This document shows positions 13,119-23,329 of a stretch of DNA of 64,000 bases, in pieces. The DNA is from Tubulanus polymorphus (Eukaryota; Animalia; Nemertea). Location of the stretch: assembly GCF_964204645.1 (NCBI RefSeq), contig NC_134035.1, forward strand, positions 7,036,351 through 7,100,350, written 5' to 3'. The position numbers were made by a program, and so were the translations under genes. Numbering within the stretch: position 1 is the stretch's first letter; every line of letters begins with the position of its first letter. The notes beneath the pieces were generated by a model. It saw only the letters and a list, made by a program, of their open reading frames with translations. It searched no databases and was not told the origin of the DNA.

Positions 13119-13899
13119 GAATTCCTGTGTTGCAACTGAAATGGTAAACACATTTGGTCCTACCTTAATGCAGTTGCTTGCATACCATAAATCCAATAAA
13201 GTATGTGCTACTAATTGAAATTAATGGCTCCATTCAAGTTCTACGTAACTTAGTATATTGAGTTTAAACCTTTAAAGCAAAAGCAAGGTATACCACCAAT
13301 GATAACCAGAAAAGGTGTCACTATTCACATGAGTTAACTTTTTGCCATTATTTTTTCAGATGATGAATATATAGAAACTACAGACGAAAAAGAATCCCAC
13401 GACTGTAGCACATTTACCTCTGAGGGTTGCAATAAAGAAATAAGAAAAATATACTACTACTGTTGCTGCTGCTTGGTCCCCAGTTTCATGCGTTGTAACT
13501 GACAGCTTTGCAAAGGCCAAAATGATAGTATGAAACCAGAATCATAATTCGTGCAAACACTAGAAATTGAGTGTTCATTCATACATCATAGCAGGCACTG
13601 GTCCAAATAAGTTCCCTCAATCAATTTTTGGTTACTTGGTCCAGTGGAGGGTCAACCACTCTTCTTTTTATGAGAAACATGTCATCATCCCATGACAATT
13701 TGTCAAGCACATGACTATTTACTTTCAAAGCTGAATCTCACTGTGCCCACGGGCACCTTGTTTAGTATCTTAGTATCAGTAACATAAATATCTAAATTCA
13801 TTGATGAATTTCAAACTTCATTTCTATATGTAATATTTTCATTAAAATCTATTGCTGGAATATGATATCATTTAATAATTTATTAATTCTTTTAATGAT

Positions 13900-14305
13900 T
13901 TATCTTGTTCTTCAATTTTTATATTACCATTTAAACTAATTATATAATCTAATGTGTTTTTTTAATTTCTTTTATATCAGATTTATTAGATATATTAGTT
14001 TTTCTTTATTACTTTTTATATTTAGTTGAGAGCTAGAGAGTCAATACACTAGAACTGAAACCTAGCACACCATTTGAGATAGCTAACAGTGTCAATTGTG
14101 AGAATATTGCTAAAAATGTAATCACCGAACTTATTGAAAACGAACCACTTATAATAAAATAATATATAATTTTAGATTTTAAATATTTCTTTTTAACTTT
14201 TAAATCATTTTCGAATTCTAATATTTGTTTTTCCAATTATAATTTTGATTTAGTTTTATTAATATCATGAGAAATAATATAAATATTATCAACTTTATCA
14301 TCCAT
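13900..14305 (-). pseudogene. Small viral coiled-coil plus transmembrane protein remnant
   Basis: TAAATG start (MDDKVD..); ORF 14033..14236 has two hydrophobic segments. Confidence 0.45.
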
Positions 14306-14332
14306 TTATTTAACAAAAAAAAATATATATAA

Positions 14333-14754
14333 TTAATTTGTAAATTTATATGCTACAAATATAACAATAACATTTCCACCTAAAACCCAAATTATTTCAT
14401 ATTTCTTCTGTTCATTACTTTGGGTATAACAATCCGATATTGTAGGTTTATATAGATGTAATTTGTCTTTATTTGTTACTGCGTTATATAAACTCATTGC
14501 ATCATCGGCGGATTGAAAATCACTATGTGAAATTTTCTGATTATATAATTCTGTGTTAATATAATCCATGTAATTTTGTCTCTTTTCTCTATATTCTTCT
14601 GCTGCTTTATTATATTTTTCTAACGCTAAGTTATGTCTTTTTTGTTCTGATAATGAACTATTTTATCAATATGCTTAAATAAGTAACCACCACCTGTAAA
14701 TGCTAAAGCGTTAACAATCGCAGACCCGATAATAGTTATAATTGCAGAAGCCAT
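14333..14754 (-). pseudogene. Conserved Polinton small protein (MASA..G.A.VNALAFTGGGYLF), frameshifted
   Basis: MASAIITIIGSAIVNALAFTGGGYLFKHID / EQKRHNLALEKYNKA..YMDYIN..KPTISDCY..SNEQKKYE, ending in a hydrophobic tail. Confidence 0.6.
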
Positions 14755-14769
14755 TTATTTGTCAAAAAT

Positions 14770-14988
14770 TATGCATTTATAGGAGGAATATATTTTTGTT
14801 TTTCGAAGTAATCAATTAGATAAAGTAACTGCTAATGTTAATTTTAAAATATCATTTATATCAACTCTATCAACATTAATATTTCCCATTTAAAATACTT
14901 TCTTCAATAACATTGTATAACCAACTGTTCCCACTGAAAGTAATGCTCCATTATATAAACCAGTAATTATTCACTTATTATCACTCAT
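14770..14988 (-). pseudogene. Conserved Polinton small hydrophobic protein remnant
   Basis: TAAATG start; ITGLYNGALLSVGTVGYTMLLKKVF..DINDILKLTLAV..DYFE..KYIPP. Confidence 0.5.
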
Positions 14989-17900
14989 TTATTTATCATG
15001 AAAATCACCTTCTTCAAAATATTTAGTTATCTTAGTTATAACTATTTCAACATTTATAATATTATTAGTTTCATTTTTATATATTTCAGTTATTATTCTT
15101 TTAATATCATCGATAATAAAATCTTCATCTAATTCATAAAATCTTAAAGAATTTCTAATTAAATCAGTAATCTCTTTCTACATTATAAATTTCTTTATTT
15201 ATTGTATTTTCATAATCAAATGTTGTTTCATTAAAAAATGCAATAATTTTAATACGTGTTATTACATCATTAATATCAAATTTCATTTCTTTCTCACGTT
15301 TAAAATCAAATCCAAAACATATACTCGGTCATACTGTTATATTCATATTCATATATCAAAGAAATTACTCTTTACATCTTATAACTAATTCATAAATTAC
15401 AGGAAAAATTATTTAAATCAATTAAATATCCATTATGATTTCTTATTTCTAATTTAAAATTATTAAATTGTGGAATACAAGGTTTGAAATCAGATTCAGC
15501 TAAATTTTAATTTATTTGTGTTCCAAATTGTTTAACATTTTTTAAAATATTTAATATACTAGAATTAAAAATTGTATCTTTAGCTGCTTCGAATGTTTTT
15601 TATAGGATCAATTAAATTACAATAAATATAGAATGTGTGTAAGGTATTAAATTTGGTGTAGCATCAATATTTGTAAAAAAATGTATTACAGATGAGGAAT
15701 TCCTAACAGTTTTTTTACCATAAATTTAAGTTTTTCACTATGAGATAACCTTATCTTTATTTTGTCAGAACTATCATTTTTTTTAAATCTACTGTTAAAC
15801 CCGGAATCACTACCTAATTTTTGCCAGGCTTTTTTGTTAATTTGATAATGTATCTAGATTATATAACCCTGGTTTTAAATATACATAGAACCATTCATTT
15901 TTATTTTTATTAAAAATTTAAAAGGCTCTATGTTCAAGAGTTTTATTCGATATATTGTAAAATGAGTTACAAAAACTAATATGTACTAATTTCAAATCAG
16001 CACAATTTCTAAATTATCTATCTAATTGTATTAATAAATTATGAGATTTATAATCGTAAGTCTTCTTGAATCAAAAAATATTCTATATTCTTTTAATTTA
16101 TCTTATTATTTAATTTATCTTATCATTTATTTTACGTATTTTTTTATTCGAAATCTATATCATGACATCCTTTTTCATTCTAACCTTTGTATATGGAATA
16201 TAAATCACCAGAATATAATTCCTCAATATCTTCCCTAGATAATCTATGAAATCTATCTGGTAAATATGTTCTGAATTTATATTTATTTCCTTTTAATCCT
16301 TTTTGAATTCATAATCTACAGATTTGACATTTGTAGTATCTTTGATTCTATTTAAAGGTCCTATGACCTCTGATTTGGGATTTCTCCTTTTTGGTTTCGA
16401 TAAACTAAGTAGACACCCCTTTACTACTCAGTGTCACTATTTTTTATGTTTGCGCGAACATATTCGGAAAAATCGGGTCTTAAAATACTTTACTCGCGCA
16501 TATCCATAAAAGCTAGTTCATTTTTTGGCCACTACTCGCGGTGTGGCGCTTTAATTTTGTGACGTAGGTTCCGACAGGGTCTGACTATTTCAGATGGCTG
16601 GGAGTCACCTTCATTTCGGTCAACGAATTATACATTTAGACTTCACCTACGATGTAACGTAGCCCAATACACTGGGTTCGAATCCCGTAAATCGTTCCAC
16701 GAACTCGGTCCTTCAGCGCAATTCGTTCAAACAAAATTCCCATTTTTTGTCTGAATGAAATTCAAATTAATGACCAATAGAAACTTATTTCCAATCAGGA
16801 GATCGGCTATCCAAAAGGAAATTCCTTAAAAAGTCCTCCCAAATTACATTCAACTTGAAGAAAAATATAAACTAAAACCATGAACATATATGTACCATAC
16901 AAACTTTTTTATTTCACAAATTTCTTAATTTGAATAAACACCACATTGTTCTGATATAAATCAACTACCACAATTTTAAAATTTGAATATACATGTACAT
17001 TGTTCTGATTGACTTTATAAAATAAAAAATAAAAAATTGGATTACAACACGGCCTTACAGCATTTTAATAGTGCATACGGTGCAGATGATGTTAGGTGAC
17101 AATGAGTAAAATATGGTGAATATTACAAGTCATTGATATACAAATATGGTGATTGTCAAACATTTCGCTACAACGATCGGGTTACTAAGATATAAAAAAT
17201 TATTATGTGTAAAAAGTTAAAAAGCAAACCAAAATGGCCAAATTAGCTCACCTGTTGCCGAAGTGTGCAGAAAATAAATGTTATCAAATTACTAGTCAGT
17301 AACCTGTCTGTGGTTTAGTTTCACGATCGGATATTTTCACAAACCACAGTCAGGAATGGGAAGGTCATTTTTCTATGAAATCTTCGTCAGCCAATTTGCC
17401 TGACGAGTAATTTGCCTTGCATTTCATTGTCTCTTAAGATATCCGTATAATTTTTGTTGTAATCGACGCACAACAGATTCGTAGTTTGTCTGATACCTAT
17501 AACACCTCACCTGACGATCTTAATCCATGTGCAAATCGGCCGTAAAGTGAGAGTAAATTTCCGTCTAGTCAACAGCTGCCATTTTGAAAATTACTGGAGG
17601 TGCTGGCACCTGTGGACTGAGGCCAGGACAACAGCACAAACTAACAAAGCGAAACGACGAAATTTAAAAAAATTAAAAAATCAACACTTATTCACATTTT
17701 TCTTTTACCAGAAATTTCTTATTTCATTATTTATTATGGAAAACACGAAGACTTGAAATAAAAGTTGGAAAACCATCAAAAATAAAAATTGTCGTTTCGT
17801 CTTGAAAGTTTTATATAAATCCTTGTAGGTCCCCTAGTCTTATCATGCCACATGTGCAATACAGAGAAATGGCGGCCAATGGCGAAATTTGTGGAGAAAT

Positions 17901-18562
17901 TAATTAATTTCTCAAAATAATGTTGATTAATCACTCGAAACATACATAAAATTGGATTATTTCGAATGGTACCTGTGTTAGTTTGTGAATTAAGCCATTA
18001 ATTGTGGACTGAAGTGAATAGAAAGTATATTTTTGAAGTGTTACTTTTTTCAACCGTGTTTTGGTCCTTGTCATCCCTAACGTTGGTATAAGCCCATCCG
18101 ATTATAAAAAGCTTACCACCAACGATTAGGTAACTAACTAACTCTACCGAAGATTGTTTCGTGATACCGCCATCAGTTGCCCTGTCAATTGGTTATTCGC
18201 CGGCACGATTCTTCTTGAAAAAAGGTGCAATACCAACAATTTTTAATGTGCCAACAAGAAAACAGTCGGAAAAGCGGAACAACTCAGCAGTTCAAAAAAG
18301 AGATCACATAAAGGTAAGCTTATAATCATTTGTTAGGCTAAAAAAATGATACCTTGTTTCTCCGCCACAGCGGCTGGGTCATATTTGTGAACTCCAATAA
18401 AATTTGTAATCAGTTCATTTCTGTGACCGGTCGGGTCTGCTATCCTATCTTGATTCATTGATTTAACTTTTCATTACAGATAATGAAAGAATTGTTTCCA
18501 ACTACGCAGAGCACGAGTACGTTAACTATGGAGGAACAGGACACCGGGTCTCGTGATGATGA

Positions 18563-18614
18563 TGGTGGTGGTGGTGGTGGTGGTGGTGGTGGTGGTGGTG
18601 GTGGTGGTGGTGGT
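18563..18614 (+). repeat. (GGT)n microsatellite encoding poly-Gly in the transposase exon
   Basis: About 17 GGT triplets flanked by GAT repeats. Confidence 0.95.
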
Positions 18615-19875
18615 GATGATGATACCCAAACAGAGAGTAGGCCTACCAGTACAACATCTGCTATCCAGTGCGAGCTCTTATGTGACGATAATGAATCGGA
18701 TGAATCGGACATGGAATGTGAGGATGATGAGGAAGAATTTTTGGATCCAACCTGGAATCCTGATGATTTTAAGTAAGTATATAAATGTTTACCTAACCCT
18801 TTATTTGGAAACGTAAGGCTGGAACACTAGTTTTAATTCTCAAGGAGTACTTACGATATTCAATTAATACATACAGCAAGTGAAACTAAAATCATGAATC
18901 ATTTTAAATTCTAAAAATTTTTATCGAGATGACGGAGATGATGATGAAGAGGTTACGACATACTCAGTACCAGTAGCCGATGGTCCACTCAGGGAGGCAA
19001 AATTTCTCTGTTTTGAGTCAGCAGTGTTGTCTCTGCTGACTATCTGTACGATCTGCCTGTCACCATGTCAAGTAACGAAACGTTCATTATCTGGATCAGC
19101 CGTGAAGTACCAGACAGTCTGTAGTGGTCCCGATTCGCATGTTAGGGAATGGTCTTCACAGCCAGAACATCAACGGATGGCACTAGGAAATTTACCTGCT
19201 GCTGCGGGTGTCTTCTTCAGTGCTCTGAGCCCAAGTAAGTTCTTCACCATGTGCCAAAGTCTGAACATCAAGATGATAAACTTGCGCCATTTCTTCAGAG
19301 TTACCTGAGTTTGGCTATCTATACTGTTTGGACTCGGAATCAGAAGGTAATGGTGACGGAATTACAGAAGCGAATAAAAAAGATGAGAAACAAGCTATCG
19401 CTAGGTGGAGATGGACGCTGCTGTTCACCGGGCCATACAGCAAAGTATGGTTCATATTCGATCATCGATACGGAGACCCAAAAAATTCTGGACTTTCAAC
19501 TCATTCAAGTAACTCAGGATATCTCAGCTTTGTGAAACTCTATCAAGATGTTGAGGTAATTTTTAAACATTCTTAAGGTGAAACCTGATTTTTTATTCAT
19601 TGTTTTTTTTGTAGAGCAACGAAGTAAGAAGTTCAAATTCAATGGAGTTGGAGGGATTCGAACGATGCATGGCATTTTTGAAAGAAAATAAACTGGGAGT
19701 TAAAGATATTACCACCAATCGTCACGTTCAAATAAAGAAATATTTACGGCAGAAAATGACAAATGTTACCCACTTCTTTGATGCATGGCATATATCAAAA
19801 GGTATTCAATTTGCAGATATGATAATTAGAATTGTCAAGTCGAGAAGATACACAATATCCATGTAAGATGAATAA

Positions 19876-19962
19876 CGAGCAACGTTTTGGCTAATAAGTA
19901 ACTATTAGCCATCATCAGGCGTACTGATGATGGCTAATAGTATTTAGCCGAAACGTTGCTCG
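19876..19962. ncRNA. Inverted pair of Penelope-type minimal hammerhead ribozyme motifs (partly decayed)
   Basis: Plus strand: CTGATGA-T-GGCTAA..TTAGCC-GAAA-CGTT-GCTC (19924-19961). Minus-strand mirror copy (19877-19918) has GAAA changed to AAAA. Confidence 0.7.
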
Positions 19963-21506
19963 AAATATATACAATTTACAATAGAACTTTTTATTTTTGG
20001 CTGAATCTATTGTGGGATTTCTCTCTTTAATAATTAGAATCACACAAAATTTTGATTAAAAGGTACCAGGTTTTGGATAATTACATGTATGATTTTATTT
20101 AGGAGTAGTAAAGCAACTCGAAAAAGCAGCAAAACAGAAAAAATTCAAGAGTCTTGCAGAGGGGACAAAGTCAATTTCAAATCATCTCTACTGGGTGGCC
20201 TCAAACAGTGAGGTTGATGCAGAAATTGTGTTAGCGAAATGGAAGTCAATTGTCAACCATGTCGTAGATAAGCATGACGGACATGGTGAGAAATTTAAAC
20301 ATTGCGAACATGGCGATTTGGAGGAAAGAAATTGGCTTAAGTCAGGTTAGTGTGTCTGACAGTATGAAGATTTTTTATCTAGAGGATGTTTGGAGTAATA
20401 AGACTGTATACTCCAAGGAAAATGTTAAAATAATTTTTTCAAAATCTATGTATGATACACAGAATTGGTGTAAGACTGAATATTGAGATAAAAACTAATT
20501 GAAAATGAAGTTATTTTGGTCGAGTATGTCTGATATCTAAGTAGCTCCATCTGATGGGATAGCTGGTACCCTATTGTTTTGATATGGAAATCATTACAAA
20601 TCTGAATAAATTTTGAAATTTCAGGAGTTTTTACCTCCAAATAAGACGACTGAGTGAATACATGCATTCAATTTTCTTTTTCTCATATCATTATTCGTTT
20701 TAGGTTCTGCATGCCACAAACTGCTCAAAGACATTGTCTTAAAACGAAATCTCCTGGCAGATATTGGACAAGTAGCCCCAAGTTCCCAAACATCCGCCTT
20801 GGAGTCCTACCACAAAATTGTGATATACTTTGCCCCAAAATCGATGCATTTCTTCTATGATTCAATGTAGTCAAGGTAAAGAATTATTTAGTTTTATATC
20901 AAATATTCGTTTGTCAATGTTTTCCCAAAATTGTTCATTGTGGCATCCATTTTCAGGCTTCAGCTCTCAGCTATGCACTTCAATGAAAACAGTGTTCGCG
21001 AACAGGCAGTTGACAAATCTGGCAATCCACAATTTAAATTGTCGTATCCAAAGGCTCGTCATGGTGCACCAGTAGCGAAAGAAGTGAAAGTCCCAATTAC
21101 CTACAGTGAGTTTTACTAAATTTCTATTTTTTGAAAAATGCTGCAACATCTCTTTACAGAAACTGTTTCTGATTTTGAATGTACACTTAATTCAATTTCA
21201 GATTATTTGTCCGACTGTATTAATGAGGAGATAAGATTAAGAATGGAACACGAGAATCATCAGGCAGCTTCTAGAGCATGGAAGCAAATAAGTGTGGCAA
21301 GTGAGAAGGGAAATGTGGATAAATTTGATCGGACTGATATCGTGAAAGAAGAAGTCGTTTTAGCTCATGTTAGCCGATTTAATCTACCTGTGAAATCTAA
21401 GTAAAACACAAAGACATCTTAACAATCCATAGATCTGATTTATTATGTAATGATACGATGTACAAAAATGATATGGCAAATACAACATTTTATATATAAA
21501 TCCCTT

Positions 21507-22695
21507 TTACTTGTCATCCACGAACCTATAACCTCTCTGGTATAGCTGGGTACTCAAAGCCGGTATAATGTTCATTTGGAGAGGGCCACTTAAGTCGTAT
21601 TGTTGAGACAACACAGGAAGGCAGGATACGACGATTTCCACGACCAAGTATGCCCCATGCCCAACGACAGAAACGACGGTACGCAATGTGTCGATATAAT
21701 CTGGAAATTAGTATAAACGTGAGAAAGTTGAATTAGAAAATAAATTAAATGGTCAAAATATTTTGTGACGATTTAACTAGGTGTGTTCTCAAAATTGTTT
21801 TACCTTCTGTTTAGTTTTAATAATGTCATAAATGTTTTAATATTAATTTACTAAGCAGTATGTTTTTGATAATCACAGGTATGCATTATTTTTTTAATGA
21901 ATTTTTAAGGAACTTACTCTTCAACTGGTTCCTCATCACCTACAGGCCAGTTATCTCGGACGAAATCATAAAAACATACTTTTAAGACCTCGGGCTCGAG
22001 GCAGTTTACTCTGAAACCATGCACTTCAGTAATGCAGAGTTCATTGTTGGCAGTGCTTATTTCTTTAAGGCATGGACAATCTTGGCAGCACACATTCATT
22101 CGAGTTTTTTCCATAATGCTGCAGACATTTCTGCACAAACACCTAAAAATATATTCATTTTTAAATATTGTATATTATCTAATTATTTCTTACCTGAAAA
22201 AATAAAAATTTGTTCAGCGAATAATCACTATATTTCCTTGTTATTTTTGGCGCAAAAAATGAGGGTTTTAATCACCTTAATTTTATACAAAAATAGTCTT
22301 GCCCACTGAGGAGAGTAGAAATGTAAACCGGGAAAATTGTTTTGCAAACAAACGGTAGCAATAAAGTTTATTGAATTTGTTTCGATCAGCTGATTGACGT
22401 AAACAATTTTACCAAATGCCAGAATCCAACATGGGAATTAATCTACGCAGTCCTAAACGTATTTATTCTTATTTAATTAATAAAAATATCCTACATACCA
22501 GTCCGTATTGTCAGCTCGCTGACGATATTCTTCATCACTGCTTATATCGTCCGTTGAAGATGAAGCCGAGCTGTCGTCGGAGTTAGGCCTAATTTCCCTA
22601 TTTGCTGCTAGCGGTTCAAACATGTAAGGAGCCACGTTATTTACGCTCCTTGCATCTATTTCAGTTATATCCAAAATTTCTTCATCCGATGATAT
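21507..22695 (-). CDS. Second Kolobok gene (KolX-like, P2X7 C-terminal ballast-like Cys-rich protein); 3 exons: 22695-22499, 22142-21918, 21700-21507
   Basis: The spliced frame is open: PYMFEP..NTDW|CLCRNVCSIM..CCQ..CITEVHGFRVNCL..|LYRHIAYRRFCRWAWGILGRGNRRILPSCVVSTIR..YTGF. GT-AG introns have matching phase. The likely start codon now reads ATA. Confidence 0.8.
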
Positions 22696-23329
22696 TTTGC
22701 GACAATAGCACGAATGAATAGCGCTTGAATCGATGTATTGTTCTATTGTTATCGCAACATTGGCGAGATCGCTTGTCGGAACCTACGTCACGGCATCGGG
22801 CCACCTATCAGAATTTTTATGGACTGGCGTTTCGGCAAATACCGTAAAAAGTGAAATTTCAACAACCAATTGGAAACCAATGATCAATTTATTTATTGCT
22901 TAATTGTCTCTATAATAAATTCTTCAATATAAAAAAACTTCTGATGAAGTAAAATCGCGGATATAATTAGAGGTCATAGGACCTTTAAGAATTCACTGTG
23001 TATTTGTTTACTCTCCATTTATTATACATATTTTTTATTAAAATTGATAATTCATCAAATCGTTAATTAATCGTTAGTTTTTATTTTATTTCACTCACCA
23101 CTCACACTTTACTCACACTGTTTATGTTTAAAAATCAAGAATCGTTAATTAATCGTTAGTTTTTATTATTATTTTAATTGTCCATGTATTTTACCTATTT
23201 TTTAATCGAAATCTATGCAATTCATATAAATAATGTTCATTTTTATGAAATTATTAGAAGTAATTGGGAAAGTCTTGTTTCAGGTCAAAGGTTGAAAGGG
23301 AGAGTGGGCTCGACCTTTCGACCATTGAT

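Larger units (their letters stand above)
10562..13762 (+). mobile_element. Non-autonomous Helentron (HINE/DINE-1-like rolling-circle element)
   Basis: 5' end: T-run, subTIR AGATTCAGC (10567-10575) and its palindromic partner GCTGAATCT (10579-10587). 3' end: subTIR GCTGAATCT (13730-13738), GC hairpin GTGCCC-AC-GGGCAC (13743-13756), then CTTGTT. Inserted in a T-run, with an abrupt GC shift relative to the viral flanks. Confidence 0.8.
9730..13870 (-). pseudogene. Conserved Polinton-like gene (WQNQLNFAV.CATTGCG motif), interrupted by the Helentron
   Basis: ORF 9965..10468. Its likely 5' part (FNENITY..NLDIYVTDTK) lies at 13763-13870, on the far side of the insertion. Confidence 0.55.
18150..21404 (+). 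pseudogene. Multi-exon THAP-domain DDE transposase of the Kolobok element, disrupted
   Basis: THAP C-terminal LKKGAIPTIF at ~18215-18245 and an acidic poly-Gly exon (18480-18772). Core motifs LGGDGRCCSPGHTAKYGSYS, MELEG..TTNRH..FFDAWH, SISNHLYW, TSALESYH..FAPK and MHFNEN. Frameshift near 19300. Confidence 0.8.
16356..22984 (+). mobile_element. Kolobok-type DNA transposon, 6.6 kb, both ends intact
   Basis: TTAA duplicated at 16352-16355 and 22985-22988; perfect 16-bp TIRs AGGTCCTATGACCTCT (16356-16371 / 22969-22984); two convergent intron-containing genes. Confidence 0.9.
3905..23270. mobile_element. Degenerate Polinton/Maverick (adintovirus-like) endogenous viral element, split by later insertions; ends uncertain
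   Basis: Very AT-rich, compact, intronless ORF remnants at 3.9-10.56, 13.76-16.35 and 22.99-23.27 kb, including a pPolB C-terminus, an ATPase fragment and a capsid-like gene. Reading frames rejoin across the inserted elements. Confidence 0.8.

Noticed and set aside
15400-15900. Possible minor capsid (penton) gene of the viral element
   Set aside because: Too degraded to recognise diagnostic motifs, so left unassigned.
16660-16700. tRNA gene suggested by GGTTCGAATCCC
   Set aside because: Only a B-box-like motif; I could not build an A-box or cloverleaf.
18455-18816. Poly-Pro and poly-Val ORFs
   Set aside because: Alternative frames of the (GGT)n microsatellite.
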